From contig DASTGN010000003.1 in assembly GCA_035719105.1 (NCBI GenBank), positions 70,979-134,978 of the forward strand: a stretch of 64,000 nucleotides of DNA, in the 5' to 3' direction. The notes beneath the pieces were generated by a model. The model saw only the letters and a list, made by a program, of their open reading frames with translations, ran no database searches and was not told where the DNA came from. This DNA is from Bacteroidales bacterium (GTDB lineage: Bacteria > Bacteroidota > Bacteroidia > Bacteroidales > UBA1402). Shown here piece after piece: positions 1-11,423 of the stretch (position 1 is its first letter; every line of letters starts with the position of its first letter). The position numbers were made by a program, and so were the translations under genes.

Positions 1-954
1 ATGAGTTGATGAGGATGTATCCTCCAGCCATTCAGTGATTTCAGAAGGATAACCAGGCAATTGATTCAATTTTGCAGTTAAAGCATCCAGTTCATTCAAC
101 ATGGAGGGTTCCTCCACTTCCAACCGATCGAAAAGTTTTGCCAAAGCTACCCTTGCATCAAAACGCAAACCAGCCATCGTGGCGGCTGTAAAAGATCGAC
201 CCATTCCAGCTTGAAATTCTAGAAAGGCAGGTACACCCATGCAACACAATCGATAGGTTCGTTCGTAATCCTTGCTTCGAATATCAAGCATCAGTTCAGA
301 CAAAGCAGACGAAAGCACATTCTTTAAAGTATTTAAACCAATTGCCTGGTTTTCAAGATAGATTGGAAGGTAATCCTTCATTTCGATGGCCTTGCCATAT
401 GTTATAACCAAATCTGATCCCGAATGTTGGTAGAAATTGTAATCAATACCAACTGGAATTATTTTAACATGAGCTTTGTCCTGAAGCAAAACTTCCGCTT
501 GATAACCAATTCGGAACAAGCCTTTTACAAAGGGCCGCAAACGATGTTGCTCTCCATGATTGCCTTCGGGCATAATGCCTAAACATTTACGGTCAAGCAA
601 TACATCGATGGCTTCTTTGATTTGTTGGTCATTTTTGGAAAGATTTTCAAAACCATCCCGAATTCTGTAAATGGGCGTGATTTTGATGAAACGCAGCAAT
701 ACTTTGAGGAACGAGTTCCTGAAAATATCAGCTCTCGCCATATAAACGATGGGCTCCTTTTGGTGAATAATGATGGCAACCGGATCCATCACACCATTTT
801 GATGGTTGCCAGCAAAAATGAGTGGTTCGTCTTCCGGTATGTTTTCTAAGCCACGAACTTCGATTTGCCTGTAAAACTTAGGGAAAATAAATTGTATGAA
901 CCCCTTAATCAGGTCGTAACCAACCTGTTTATCTTGAATCTTCTTTTTAGTCAT
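1..954 (-). CDS. Lysophospholipid/1-acyl-glycerol-3-phosphate acyltransferase family protein. It is partial, with the C-terminus running off the window start.
   Basis: Own translation of the minus strand from ATG at 954-952 gives MTKKKIQDKQVGYDLIKGF... The frame stays open to position 1. It has the HX4D acyltransferase motif (AGNHQNGVMDP) and a PEGNHG motif. It is absent from the ORF track because no stop codon falls inside the window. Confidence 0.75.
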   Translation of the reverse strand, partial: MTKKKIQDKQVGYDLIKGFIQFIFPKFYRQIEVRGLENIPEDEPLIFAGNHQNGVMDPVAIIIHQKEPIVYMARADIFRNSFLKVLLRFIKITPIYRIRDGFENLSKNDQQIKEAIDVLLDRKCLGIMPEGNHGEQHRLRPFVKGLFRIGYQAEVLLQDKAHVKIIPVGIDYNFYQHSGSDLVITYGKAIEMKDYLPIYLENQAIGLNTLKNVLSSALSELMLDIRSKDYERTYRLCCMGVPAFLEFQAGMGRSFTAATMAGLRFDARVALAKLFDRLEVEEPSMLNELDALTAKLNQLPGYPSEITEWLEDTSSSTH

Positions 955-960
955 GCGAAA

Positions 961-1911
961 TCAATCTTTTGTCGGTCTTAGATGCCAGTAGGTTCCAAGA
1001 GACAATCCAGCCACAATGTGCCAGATTCCCCACCAGGCAGTTACAAGCAACATACCTCCAATGGCCATGTCAGATGGAAAAATCTTTGGATTCAAGAGCA
1101 AAGCCAATCCCAAGCCACTGTTCTGAATGCCCACTTCGATGCTCATGGCTCTACGTTCCTTTTTGGTTGCCCCTACCAAAGTGCCGGTAGCATAACCAGT
1201 GAAGAAGGCCGATGCATTGTGTAAAAGCACAATGATGAAAATGAAGAAGATGTAATGAATGAAAATTCCGAAATTATTGGCAAATGCCAGAACGATCATT
1301 GCCATGAACAGTAAAATGGAAAAACGCTGGAACCAGGGTGCCAATTTCTTGGAAAAGGCGGGTAGGAACCGAGCGCAGGTCATGCCCAAAATCATGGGAA
1401 TCCCTAAAAGAATAAATACCGTTTGAAACATTTGCCAGGGATCGATGATGATGGGTTGCAACAAATGCCCAGCATGTTTGGACAGATATCGAATGTACAG
1501 ATCTCCCCAGAAGGCAAAATTCAAAGGTGTGGTTATAATGGCCATAATGGTGGTGATAGCAGTCATCGTGACAGAAAGCTCCACCTTGCCTTTGGCCCAG
1601 CTGCAGATGAAATTGGAGATATTGCCGCCCGGACATGCCGCCACTAAGATCATGCCCATGGCTACTGTCGGAGACAAAAATTTATAAAAAAGCAAAATGA
1701 TTCCAAATGTGACGGCTGGAAGCAAGAACATTTGAGCAAACAATCCTCCAATCAAGACTTTAGGCTTTTTAAAGAGATGAGAAAATTCTTTTGGACGAAT
1801 GTCGAGCGCCACTCCGAACATGATAAAAGCCAATAAAATATTGAGAATGTGTGAACCGGTAGCTGAAAAATTGATTTTGACTTGGTCCAAAGCCATTAAA
1901 GATTCGTACAT
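961..1911 (-). CDS. Bile acid:sodium symporter (BASS/Sbf) family transporter
   Basis: 316 aa polytopic membrane protein. The N-terminus and the GGNISNF-type region are typical of the BASS family. Confidence 0.75.
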   Translation of the reverse strand: MYESLMALDQVKINFSATGSHILNILLAFIMFGVALDIRPKEFSHLFKKPKVLIGGLFAQMFLLPAVTFGIILLFYKFLSPTVAMGMILVAACPGGNISNFICSWAKGKVELSVTMTAITTIMAIITTPLNFAFWGDLYIRYLSKHAGHLLQPIIIDPWQMFQTVFILLGIPMILGMTCARFLPAFSKKLAPWFQRFSILLFMAMIVLAFANNFGIFIHYIFFIFIIVLLHNASAFFTGYATGTLVGATKKERRAMSIEVGIQNSGLGLALLLNPKIFPSDMAIGGMLLVTAWWGIWHIVAGLSLGTYWHLRPTKD

Positions 1912-2083
1912 GGATCGGATTTGGTTTGATTTATTTCATCATGGAAAGTTATCTTTCTGTCTGTAAGATTGGTGTTGTTACGGCATTTCGGCAGGACGAA
2001 TTTAGCAAATTCTGCTTGCTATCCAATCAATTCTTGCTAAATTTGTGCCCTATTTTAACTCTTTATTAAAACAGCTCAACGAA

Positions 2084-3565
2084 ATGGCAAAAGAATTGAA
2101 GGAGCTTACCTCCAGAAGTGTCGATTATTCTCAATGGTATCAGGATTTGGTCATCAAGGCCGATTTGGCTGAAAATTCAGCTGTACGCGGTTGTATGGTT
2201 ATCAAACCATATGGATACGCCATTTGGGAAAAAATTCAACGTCAGCTGGATGATATGTTCAAGGAAACTGGCCATGTGAATGCCTATTTCCCTCTTTTCA
2301 TACCGAAATCGTTTTTAAGCAAAGAAGCGGAACATGTGGAAGGTTTTGCCAAGGAATGCGCTGTTGTTACTCACCATCGTCTGATGAATGATCCGAATGG
2401 AAAAGGGGTGGTTGTAGACCCCCAAGCCAAATTGGAAGAGGAACTCATCGTACGGCCGACTTCAGAAACCATCATTTGGAGCACCTATAAGAATTGGATT
2501 CAATCCTATCGTGACTTACCTATCTTGGTAAATCAATGGGCCAATGTCGTTCGTTGGGAGATGCGAACCCGATTGTTTCTTCGTACAGCTGAATTCCTTT
2601 GGCAAGAAGGTCACACGGCTCATGCTACGGAGGAGGAAGCTGTTGCCGAAGCTCGCCGAATGATCGACGTTTATTCCACTTTTGCAGAAAAATACATGGG
2701 TATGCCGGTTGTCATTGGAGTGAAATCCCCCAGCGAACGTTTCGCAGGGGCACTGGACACCTATACCATAGAAGCCCTGATGCAAGACGGTAAGGCATTA
2801 CAGTCTGGCACCTCCCATTTTTTAGGCCAGAACTTTGCCAAAGCCTTCGATGTGACGTTTGTCAGTAAGGAAAACAAGCAGGAATACGTCTGGGCAACTT
2901 CTTGGGGCGTTTCTACCAGATTGATGGGTGCCCTCATTATGGCACATTCAGACGATAATGGTTTGGTCTTGCCGCCAGCTTTGGCTCCATTCCAGGTCGT
3001 AATCGTGCCCATTTATAAGAGTGAAGAACAATTGAAAGCCATCGATGAGAAAGTCGCTCCGATTGTAAGTAAGCTTAAAGCTTTGGGCGTGAGTGTCAAA
3101 TACGATAATTCCGATAATAAAAAACCGGGCTGGAAATTTTCCGAATATGAGTTAAAAGGTGTTCCCGTTCGTTTGGCCATGGGTGCCAGAGACTTGGAAA
3201 ACAATACAGTGGAAGTAGCTCGTCGTGATACGTTGACAAAAGAAACCAGGTCCTGTGAAGGCATTGAGGAATACCTCAAGCAATTAATGGACGAAATCCA
3301 GGCCAACATTTTTCAAAAAGCCTTTGATTTCCGCACTGCAAACACGCGCGAAGTAAACAGTTACGACGAATTCAAAGTTGAAATTGAAAAGGGCGGATTC
3401 TTGCTGTGTCATTGGGATGGAACCCCAGAAACTGAAGAGTTGATCAAAAATGAAACCAAGGCTACCATCCGTTGCATACCCTTAGCTGGCGATAAAACAC
3501 CTGGAAAATGCATGGTAACAGGCAAACCCTCACTTTGTAGGGTGATTTTTGCCAGGGCTTATTGA
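2084..3565 (+). CDS. proS: Proline--tRNA ligase (archaeal/eukaryote-like type usual in Bacteroidota)
   Basis: The ORF runs 2045..3565. The likely true start is ATG 2084 ([23 protein letters not shown]...), because the track start at 2045 is GTG. Class II aaRS sequence ending ...ARAY. Confidence 0.9.
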   Translation: MAKELKELTSRSVDYSQWYQDLVIKADLAENSAVRGCMVIKPYGYAIWEKIQRQLDDMFKETGHVNAYFPLFIPKSFLSKEAEHVEGFAKECAVVTHHRLMNDPNGKGVVVDPQAKLEEELIVRPTSETIIWSTYKNWIQSYRDLPILVNQWANVVRWEMRTRLFLRTAEFLWQEGHTAHATEEEAVAEARRMIDVYSTFAEKYMGMPVVIGVKSPSERFAGALDTYTIEALMQDGKALQSGTSHFLGQNFAKAFDVTFVSKENKQEYVWATSWGVSTRLMGALIMAHSDDNGLVLPPALAPFQVVIVPIYKSEEQLKAIDEKVAPIVSKLKALGVSVKYDNSDNKKPGWKFSEYELKGVPVRLAMGARDLENNTVEVARRDTLTKETRSCEGIEEYLKQLMDEIQANIFQKAFDFRTANTREVNSYDEFKVEIEKGGFLLCHWDGTPETEELIKNETKATIRCIPLAGDKTPGKCMVTGKPSLCRVIFARAY

Positions 3566-6500
3566 TGGTTTTTTAAATAGGTCAAGCAGGGAGTTGAAGT
3601 CCTCTTTATAAAGGATACCGACTCCTTGAGTATTCAATGCGGACTTGAAATACTTATTATCATTGGCTCGGTTGAAGAATTTCCAACTCCATTTTTCAGA
3701 ATTCTTGAACTTCAAATTGCCGTCGAATTCACCGATGAATTGATTACCACCGGTGGATGAACCCAAATTTTCCCTGGATCCGACATTGCTATTAATGGAT
3801 AATCGGTTGTTGAAGAAGCTGCCGCTCATCATAACGCCCCATTCTCCCGGAGTAGTGGCATCGTACGCCGAATTTTTATAGTTGAAATTGAAATTCATAT
3901 TGTTATTTCCAAGCACTCCATTGACCATTCTGTTCAATTGCGAAGAAAGTGTGGAAATACCTGTATTCCAGACAGCAGACATATTGTTGGTCGTTGTTGC
4001 TTGCGCCGTCGAATACGCCGGAGTGCTGAAGCGACTGAATAACATGAGAAAAACCAATTGCTGATTTCTCATATCTTCCGTATTGATCACATTTTTGATT
4101 TGAAGTTCCAAATCCGCATCTGCAGAGGGATATGCCAAGTCCAGACTGATGCCGGGACGTTGCAATTCCCCATTGAGTTTCAGCACACAATTCACGGGAA
4201 TGCTGCTTCGGTTCAAATTGAGGTTGCTGAGAACATCGGTGGGCAGCAAATCGGAAAGTTGAGCGTTCACCGTATAATTCGCCGTAATATCCACTTGAGC
4301 TTCAAATGGATTCCCTGCAAAGGTGACACTGCCACCATCCTGAATGTTAAAGTCCCGACGTAGAATGTTTTGATAAATGAATTTGTATTTACCAGAAAGA
4401 ATATTGTATCGACCGTATAAGCTGATATCATCGGATTTATCAATGACACAACGCAATGCACCGCTGCCTTTGGCTTTGATATCGTCGCCGGTTGTCGGGT
4501 CGGTCACAAGCGTTAGGTCTGCATTTGGGGTGACCTCCATGTAAAGATTGACCGTTACATTACTGGGCGTATTAATGACCGGTGCAGTAAGTCGCTTCCG
4601 CATGAATAGATCTGCATCTTCAATGTTATTGACTTTTTTCTTCTGTATAAATTGAATGAATCCAGCCTCTGTCACTTCCGTATCATTTAAGAAGGAAATG
4701 GTCACATTGGTCCGATCCTCCGATCTGAGATTCACGTCAATACGAACATCGTTTTGAGGCCCATTGATGGAAACGGTTCCTGTTCCATAAGCTTTTCCGT
4801 AGAAATAGGAATTTGGATTGGAAGGAATATCCATGGCAAGGATGTTGTTGCCCATGATTTCAATCGATGTATACGAATCCTTGAAATTATTGTGAACGAT
4901 GGTTCCGTTTGCAATGGCACTGTTTCCTTCTTTATCCCTAACTCGTACGTTTGTGAATTTAACCAATTTTGGAGTCAAAAGTATGGTATCCGAGAAAGTA
5001 TACCTTGTATTCAGCATGTCAATTCCAAAGGAACCATTTTCAATGAATGCTTTCGTGTTAATAGTCAAATGCTTCATAGGGCCAGCTATATGTACTTTAC
5101 CGGTAGCAGTGCCCTGGATTTGCTTCAAAATGGTGCCAAGATAAGGTTCTAGGAACGAAATGGGTAAACGATGTCCATCCAGCGCCAAATTCATAGAATC
5201 TTTGCTGGGGAAATAATATCCTGTACCTTTTGCCACCAAATTGCTTGCTTCTGTTAGTGTGGAATCCTTTTTTACAAGGGCATCCAGCACTATTGCTTTC
5301 AAGTTGGTATCCCATTTGGATTTTGCAGTCAAATTCCCCAATAGCACTTTATTGATGGTGAACTGTTTAACGTACAAATCGGCGTCTAGGCTAAGTGTAC
5401 CCAGCAATCTGGAACATTTGGCCTGTCCACTAACCAAACCACCCAAAAGCACGGTTCCACCGTTGTTTTTTGGAAAAAGGTCAAAAACATTGTCCAAACT
5501 AAAGGCATTCATGGAAACAAACAAGGTGTCAGTCATTCGGTCAGATGCGATTCCCTGCAATTTGACAAACTGATCGGCATGCGTCAATTGAAAATCGGAA
5601 ATATATAAAGCCTTATTTTCCCAACGCAAATTGGTCGGATTGATTTGCCAAAGCGAGTCGTTGACGATGATGCTTGACTTCTTTAAATTACCATCTAAAT
5701 TGAGGTTGCCATTGGCTGCTCTTGAAAACTGAACGTCACCTTGAATGTTACTACTATACGTTTGCAATCCAACATTGCTTAAGTTGAATTTAAAACTGGC
5801 CAAGTCGTTAAGTCCTCGTGCGTCCAGATTCAATTTTATAGGTGATGTTTCCGGACCCAACTGAGCAAAAGCCAGAAATTTGGCCTCCTTTTGCGGATTC
5901 TCCAATAAGAATCCAGCTTCTTTCACAATGGTTTTGCCGTAGGTTAGGTTAGGTGCATCACCACGAAACCGGAATTTACCGTTGACTTCGTTGTAAAAAC
6001 CTTGAACCTCAACATTCTCAATCAAATTAAAAGGCAATTTCAAGATGGAAAGCAATTCGGGACAAGGAGCCAGGCTTGCGTGAAAGTCATAATTACTGCC
6101 CTTAGGCATTTCGAAGTTGGAGGAAACCAACGAAGGCAAGAAACGGTGTAACAGCCCTTTAAAACCAGCAGGCAATCCGCTTAATTCGAAATTACCCCAT
6201 AATTCAGCATTTAAAATGGGTGAGGAGACTTTAATACTCTGATTCCCAACCGTTCTTGCGACGTCAACATTTAATTTGTTCAGGAAAAACTTTTCTTTCC
6301 CACTTTTTAGCTGAAGACTATCCAAGATTAAATTACCGGTTAGGTCGTCAAAATCATGTCCCGTCATATTGGAATGCAAATGGAATGAAAAACTAGCATT
6401 GCTTTGGTAACCAAGCAGGCCAAAAGCAAATGGATTAAATCCATCAGCAAACAAATCGAACTGATAAACAGGCATTTCCTTCGTTAAATTGACTAAGCCC

Positions 6501-7993
6501 GAGAACCGTAAGTTGCCGTTGACATCGCCCAATGCGGCATATCCATCAAAACCATTTCGGTCAAAATGCCCCTTGACCACTAAGTTTTGAAAGTCGTAAC
6601 CGTGATAGACCAAATGGGAAGCTAAACCATTCACACTGCCTTCCAACCCTGAAACCGGATCAATGGAACCGTTCAGTTTAAAATCAAAACCGGTTTCACC
6701 AAGGAGCGAGTTCTCGGGTAAAACATCACTCAAATGGATGGAATTGCTTTTAAGTAGCCCATTGTATCGAAGTTTTTTACCATCCTTGTTCAATTGTAAG
6801 TCGGTAGTAAGGTCTCCAATCGTCGTACTAAAAAGGCCAGTCAGCAAAGCTTGTTGGGAGCTTCCCTTGAATTTCCCCTGATAATTGACCGAACCAAGTT
6901 TCTTTAACATGCTCAAGTCCGTTTTCGTATTGGAGAACGTATTCAACAGGAAATCGATGCCGGCTGGGCTTACATTGAAGTTCTTGATATCCCCGTTAAC
7001 TTGGAACTTTTTTAAGTCAAAAAAATTATCAACTACAAAAAGGCCATTGATTGTCAGCATATTGCTTAAATCGATGTTCATGTTTCTACAAACTAACCGA
7101 GAGAGATTTCCCTCAAACAAAAGATCCACTTTGATGGGTTTGCTGAATTTGGAGGCAGCCTTATTTAAAAAACTAAATTCGGAAGGTAGAATGAACAGAT
7201 GCAAGGTGACGGGTTGAATCTGAAGATTTTTAATCAGTTGCGAAAGATTTCTGTTTCGTTTATATTTGGCTATGAGTCCTTTGACCATCAAATTGGAGTT
7301 CCCGGATTTGACTTCGAAGTTGGATACTTTCAAAGCTGTTTCCGTATACAAACCTTCCAATTGCAGTTGGTCAATGTGCAAACCTGATTTTTCTCTGGCC
7401 TGGAATTTTGTTATGGAAAATTTATATTTGACTCCTGAAGAACCCTTGAAAGCCATTTTAGCTGAAACATCCTGAATGTCCAGATGATTTGGATCAAATT
7501 GACCTTCGACAACTGGTATGGATGTCAAATCGTAATGCACTCTGCAGTTTCTAAGCAAAAGGGTGTTGAAATTGAAGTCCCAATTCTTTTTCGCTCGCTT
7601 CTTCGATTTGTATGCGTCTAAAATGAATTGAATGTTTAGCGGCCCATCGCTCGTTTTTTTTGTCAGAAAGAGGTTGGCCCGAATAATGCGAATGGTATTG
7701 AAACGAATTTCTTGACGCAACAGAGGCAATAGCTGAATGTCCACGAACATCCGCTCCGCGCTCAGAATCGGTTTGCCCTGTCGGTCTTTCAGGTGTATGA
7801 CATTAATTTCCAGGCCATTGTAAAAGTTGAATCCAACTTCGTCAATGGTTAGCGAAGCACCTGTTCGATTTTGAAAATCGCGAATGACCGTATTGGTAAT
7901 CTTTTGTTGGAACCAGTTGGTATTCAACACAATTGCTACACTGCCTAAGATAAGCAGCAAGGCAAGCGATATGATTATTCCGATTCTTTTCAA
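3530..7993 (-). CDS. tamB: Translocation and assembly module protein TamB (giant outer-membrane biogenesis protein)
   Basis: The ORF extends to a GTG at 8116 (1528 aa). I prefer the TTG at 7993, which gives a typical N-terminal anchor [23 protein letters not shown] and avoids a 5'-5' overlap with tsaD. Long beta-rich repeats with a DUF490-like C-terminus. The 3' end overlaps proS by 36 nt (convergent). Confidence 0.8.
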   Translation of the reverse strand: MKRIGIIISLALLLILGSVAIVLNTNWFQQKITNTVIRDFQNRTGASLTIDEVGFNFYNGLEINVIHLKDRQGKPILSAERMFVDIQLLPLLRQEIRFNTIRIIRANLFLTKKTSDGPLNIQFILDAYKSKKRAKKNWDFNFNTLLLRNCRVHYDLTSIPVVEGQFDPNHLDIQDVSAKMAFKGSSGVKYKFSITKFQAREKSGLHIDQLQLEGLYTETALKVSNFEVKSGNSNLMVKGLIAKYKRNRNLSQLIKNLQIQPVTLHLFILPSEFSFLNKAASKFSKPIKVDLLFEGNLSRLVCRNMNIDLSNMLTINGLFVVDNFFDLKKFQVNGDIKNFNVSPAGIDFLLNTFSNTKTDLSMLKKLGSVNYQGKFKGSSQQALLTGLFSTTIGDLTTDLQLNKDGKKLRYNGLLKSNSIHLSDVLPENSLLGETGFDFKLNGSIDPVSGLEGSVNGLASHLVYHGYDFQNLVVKGHFDRNGFDGYAALGDVNGNLRFSGLVNLTKEMPVYQFDLFADGFNPFAFGLLGYQSNASFSFHLHSNMTGHDFDDLTGNLILDSLQLKSGKEKFFLNKLNVDVARTVGNQSIKVSSPILNAELWGNFELSGLPAGFKGLLHRFLPSLVSSNFEMPKGSNYDFHASLAPCPELLSILKLPFNLIENVEVQGFYNEVNGKFRFRGDAPNLTYGKTIVKEAGFLLENPQKEAKFLAFAQLGPETSPIKLNLDARGLNDLASFKFNLSNVGLQTYSSNIQGDVQFSRAANGNLNLDGNLKKSSIIVNDSLWQINPTNLRWENKALYISDFQLTHADQFVKLQGIASDRMTDTLFVSMNAFSLDNVFDLFPKNNGGTVLLGGLVSGQAKCSRLLGTLSLDADLYVKQFTINKVLLGNLTAKSKWDTNLKAIVLDALVKKDSTLTEASNLVAKGTGYYFPSKDSMNLALDGHRLPISFLEPYLGTILKQIQGTATGKVHIAGPMKHLTINTKAFIENGSFGIDMLNTRYTFSDTILLTPKLVKFTNVRVRDKEGNSAIANGTIVHNNFKDSYTSIEIMGNNILAMDIPSNPNSYFYGKAYGTGTVSINGPQNDVRIDVNLRSEDRTNVTISFLNDTEVTEAGFIQFIQKKKVNNIEDADLFMRKRLTAPVINTPSNVTVNLYMEVTPNADLTLVTDPTTGDDIKAKGSGALRCVIDKSDDISLYGRYNILSGKYKFIYQNILRRDFNIQDGGSVTFAGNPFEAQVDITANYTVNAQLSDLLPTDVLSNLNLNRSSIPVNCVLKLNGELQRPGISLDLAYPSADADLELQIKNVINTEDMRNQQLVFLMLFSRFSTPAYSTAQATTTNNMSAVWNTGISTLSSQLNRMVNGVLGNNNMNFNFNYKNSAYDATTPGEWGVMMSGSFFNNRLSINSNVGSRENLGSSTGGNQFIGEFDGNLKFKNSEKWSWKFFNRANDNKYFKSALNTQGVGILYKEDFNSLLDLFKKPSISPGKNHPTK

Positions 7994-8110
7994 AATATTT
8001 GGTATTTTTGCGGAGGTTATATGCCCAGTGTACGCAATTACAGACAAAAATAAGAAAAAACCATCTATTTTATACGGTTTAATTTCATTTGGTCTCAATT
8101 TTGATTTTAT

Positions 8111-9133
8111 ATGCACCCAATACTAATTCTTGGTATCGAATCTTCCTGTGACGATACATCAGCAGCCGTTCTAAGGGATGGAAACCTATTGTCCAATGTC
8201 GTTGCCGGACAGAAGGTTCACGAAGCTTATGGCGGTGTGGTACCGGAACTTGCTTCCAGAGCTCACCAACAGAATATCATCCCAGTAGTTGACCAGGCAC
8301 TCAAACAAGCTGGAGTCAGTCGCGAGGAAATTTCAGCAGTGGCTTTCACACGTGGTCCGGGTTTGATGGGGTCGTTGTTGGTTGGAACTTCTTTTGCCAA
8401 AGGATTTGCACGTGCTTTGGACATTCCATTGGTGGAAGTGAATCATTTACAAGCTCATATACTGGCTCATTTCATTCAAGTGGAAGGCGAATCGCATTGT
8501 TCGCCGGAGCTGCCTTTTCTTTGTTTGTTGGTGAGTGGGGGTAATTCACAAATCGTGTTGGTTCGTTCGTACGACGATATGGAAATCATTGGTCAAACGA
8601 TTGATGATGCAGCGGGTGAGGCTTTTGACAAATGTGCCAAAGTGATGGGCTTACCCTATCCTGGTGGACCGGTTGTAGATCGGTTGGCAAAACTAGGGAA
8701 TCCTAAGGCTTTTGTTTTCAGCAAACCACATATTTCAGGTTATGATTATAGTTTTAGTGGACTGAAAACGTCGTTTTTGTACAAAATCAGGGATGAAGTA
8801 GCATTAAATTCCGATTTCATCGAGCAAAATAAGGAAGATTTATGTGCATCGCTTCAACATACCGTTGTCGAAATCTTGATGGACAAACTACGAAAAGCAT
8901 CCAAAGCATTGGGAATTAAAGAAGTGGCACTGGCTGGTGGCGTTTCTGCCAATTCAGGATTAAGATCTGCTTTCGAAGACCATGCCAAACGTTTTGGCTG
9001 GAAAATTCACATTCCCAAATTCGCCTACACGACTGATAATGCTGCCATGATAGCCATGACCGGTCATTTTAAATACCTGGAAGGTAAATTTGCTTCCATG
9101 GATGCGTCTCCATATTCCAGAGTGATCCTTTAA
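8111..9133 (+). CDS. tsaD: tRNA N6-adenosine threonylcarbamoyltransferase
   Basis: 340 aa with ILGIESSCDDTSAAV at the N-terminus and an NHLQAH metal motif. Kae1/TsaD family. Confidence 0.92.
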   Translation: MHPILILGIESSCDDTSAAVLRDGNLLSNVVAGQKVHEAYGGVVPELASRAHQQNIIPVVDQALKQAGVSREEISAVAFTRGPGLMGSLLVGTSFAKGFARALDIPLVEVNHLQAHILAHFIQVEGESHCSPELPFLCLLVSGGNSQIVLVRSYDDMEIIGQTIDDAAGEAFDKCAKVMGLPYPGGPVVDRLAKLGNPKAFVFSKPHISGYDYSFSGLKTSFLYKIRDEVALNSDFIEQNKEDLCASLQHTVVEILMDKLRKASKALGIKEVALAGGVSANSGLRSAFEDHAKRFGWKIHIPKFAYTTDNAAMIAMTGHFKYLEGKFASMDASPYSRVIL

Positions 9134-9143
9134 TAGAAACAAC

Positions 9144-9512
9144 ATGATCAGACAATTTCTTTTCATTTTTATTGGGGGTGGACTAGGAAGTGTTCTGCGA
9201 TCGTTGGCAGCTAAACTATTTCCTGCCACCGTCTATCCATTGGGAACCCTGTTGGTCAATGTGTTGGGCAGTTTGTTGATCGGATTTCTTTATGCCTTGC
9301 TCAGTCGTCACGTCATTGGCGATAATTACCGATTATTGTTAGCCGTCGGTTTCTGCGGTGGATTCACTACTTTTTCAACCTTTTCAAACGAAAACCTGCA
9401 CTTGATGCGTGAAGGTCAATGGTTGACCTTTATCCTATACTCCGTTGGAACGTTGTTGCTTTGTCTGCTATCCGTTTGGTTGGGTGATAAAATAGGGAAT
9501 CAAATTCCTTGA
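9144..9512 (+). CDS. crcB: Fluoride ion channel CrcB
   Basis: 122 aa, 4-TM protein with GGGLGSVLR and GFCGGFTTFSTF motifs. Confidence 0.9.
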   Translation: MIRQFLFIFIGGGLGSVLRSLAAKLFPATVYPLGTLLVNVLGSLLIGFLYALLSRHVIGDNYRLLLAVGFCGGFTTFSTFSNENLHLMREGQWLTFILYSVGTLLLCLLSVWLGDKIGNQIP

Positions 9513-9523
9513 TTATCAATAAC

Positions 9524-10918
9524 TTATTCTACACTGAAAATTGGTTTGTCGGTTTTCTGCTCAGTTTGATAATATTGAATGGCATTGTCATTCATTTTCG
9601 GATACTGAGTTTTCAACAAACGAATCATTTCTGCACCAGCAAGCAAGGCAGGTCCGTAGCCATGTGCAGCGGCGTTGCTGACTGGGCGAGCGTAATAAAA
9701 AGCAGGGTCAAACCCCATACCTGTACCCACACAGGTTCCTTCTACTTCACCGTTAATTGAGATTTTGGTGGAAACCGCATTCCAACCCAATTGCGCAACT
9801 GGACCATAAGCCTTGCCATCCAACCAACCTTGGTTGATGCCATGAGCTAAAGCGTACGTATAAATGGCTGTAGCTGATGTTTCCAAATAGGAGTCATTGC
9901 GATCCAACAATTGATGCCAGAAGCCAGTACCCGATTGCCAGGAGGCTAATCCTGCAGCATGCCGTTGATATATCGAAAGAACCAATGGATATAACGGATC
10001 GGAGGCAGGCAAGACATCCAACACTTCACATAAAGTCAGAATGGCCCAACCGTTGGCTCTTCCCCAAAAGAATGAAGGGTGGGGGTTCATATTTTCAACC
10101 CAACCATGACGAAACAAGTTCTTTTCAGGTACAAACATTCTGGAAGCAAAATTCAAAACCAATTGCGCTGCCTGGTGGATGTATTCGTTTTTACCGGTAT
10201 AAATACTATATTGAGCGATGGCGGGTAAACTCATGTACATGTCATCCAACCAGACGGTATTCGGAAATGGTCTATTTCGAGAAAAAGTACCGTCCGATAG
10301 ACGCTTTTCTTTGTTTAAAATATAATCCATGTAGTTCAAAATCAACGCTTCACAGGTCTTTTTATCATTTGATGCTTGAGATACTTTGATCATGGCAGCA
10401 CAAACAGCTCCAGCGTCATCGAGTGCTCGAGGTGCCAAAATCTGTCTCATTTGTGGATCTATTTTTTTGTCGGCAGCCAGTACTTTTTTAAATGCAGGTG
10501 CGACCCTTGCCAAAAAGCTAATCCGTTCCGTCGCATATTTCAAATAAGCCGAATCACCGGTCGTTTCTGTCGAACGAACCATGGCAGCATAAGTCACCCC
10601 CCATTCATACGATGCAAGTCGAAAGCTACCACGAACCAGTTGGCTGTTTTCATCAATAGCATTGAAATTCTTGATTTTGACATGAGTTTGGCTGTTTTCC
10701 ACTTCTGTCAAAGTAGAAGTCTGCAAATACTTCAATACCAGATCCATTTTGACTTTTACCGAGTTGATGGACAGAGCGCCATAAGGAATGGAATAAACCG
10801 GTTGAAGCATGTGCAGAGGGGTCTGTGAATCATTGGCCAATTTTTGGGCGTTCACATTGAATCCGACTAAAAACAACAACAATAGGGACAGTATACGTAG
10901 CTCAATTTTGATTTTCAT
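9524..10918 (-). CDS. Secreted glycoside hydrolase, GH88/GH105-like (unsaturated glucuronyl/rhamnogalacturonyl hydrolase fold)
   Basis: 464 aa with an N-terminal signal peptide. WLDDMYM and GRANGW motifs are typical of the YteR/YesR-type (alpha/alpha)6 hydrolases. Confidence 0.65.
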   Translation of the reverse strand: MKIKIELRILSLLLLFLVGFNVNAQKLANDSQTPLHMLQPVYSIPYGALSINSVKVKMDLVLKYLQTSTLTEVENSQTHVKIKNFNAIDENSQLVRGSFRLASYEWGVTYAAMVRSTETTGDSAYLKYATERISFLARVAPAFKKVLAADKKIDPQMRQILAPRALDDAGAVCAAMIKVSQASNDKKTCEALILNYMDYILNKEKRLSDGTFSRNRPFPNTVWLDDMYMSLPAIAQYSIYTGKNEYIHQAAQLVLNFASRMFVPEKNLFRHGWVENMNPHPSFFWGRANGWAILTLCEVLDVLPASDPLYPLVLSIYQRHAAGLASWQSGTGFWHQLLDRNDSYLETSATAIYTYALAHGINQGWLDGKAYGPVAQLGWNAVSTKISINGEVEGTCVGTGMGFDPAFYYARPVSNAAAHGYGPALLAGAEMIRLLKTQYPKMNDNAIQYYQTEQKTDKPIFSVE

Positions 10919-11057
10919 GGCAAAGGTGCTTTAGATTCGTTTGTTACAAAGATACAAACCGTCCGTTAATTCAAAAACGATTTGAATTTTAATTCCCAAA
11001 ACGGCATTCAATCAATTAAATTTCAGTTATTTTTGATGAACAAAAACCCAAGAATGC

Positions 11058-11420
11058 ATGAATATCGAAGACTTACGTGCGTATTGTTTGTCCATTCCAG
11101 GAACAGAAGAATGTTTGCCGTTTGATGATGTGACTCTGGTTTATAAGGTGATGGGTAAAATGTACGCGTTGATTCCGTTGGATACCGAAAGTTGTAGCAT
11201 TTCCGTAAAGTGCGATCCTGAGAAAGCAATAGAACTTCGTGAACGGTATCAGGCCGTGGAAGAAGCTTGGCATTTTAATAAAAAATACTGGAATACCCTG
11301 TACCCCAACAACGATATGGACGATTCAGAAATCAAAAAATGGATTCTGCATTCGATCGATCAAGTAATTCTCAAATTGCCAAAAAAAAGACAAGAAGCCT
11401 ATAGAAACTTGAAGCAATAA
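11058..11420 (+). CDS. MmcQ/YjbR family DNA-binding protein
   Basis: 120 aa. The N-terminus MNIEDLRAYCLSIPGTEECLPFD... is characteristic of the YjbR family. Confidence 0.75.
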   Translation: MNIEDLRAYCLSIPGTEECLPFDDVTLVYKVMGKMYALIPLDTESCSISVKCDPEKAIELRERYQAVEEAWHFNKKYWNTLYPNNDMDDSEIKKWILHSIDQVILKLPKKRQEAYRNLKQ

Positions 11421-11423
11421 GTC

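Noticed and set aside
1912-2083. I checked the proS upstream region for a T-box or other leader.
   Set aside because: I could identify no specifier or antiterminator-like helices, no T-box consensus and no Pro-rich mini-ORF.
3882-7475. Numerous 60-130 aa ORFs on the plus strand inside the TamB gene. Similar antisense ORFs occur inside gyrA, clpC, htpG, the beta-helix gene and others.
   Set aside because: They are shadow ORFs opposite long, well-supported genes. They have no recognisable motifs and their composition is typical of antisense frames.
9134-9143. I looked for a fluoride riboswitch (crcB motif) in front of crcB.
   Set aside because: crcB starts only 10 nt after the tsaD stop. There is no room for the ~60-nt riboswitch, and no matching structure lies upstream within tsaD. 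crcB appears simply co-transcribed.
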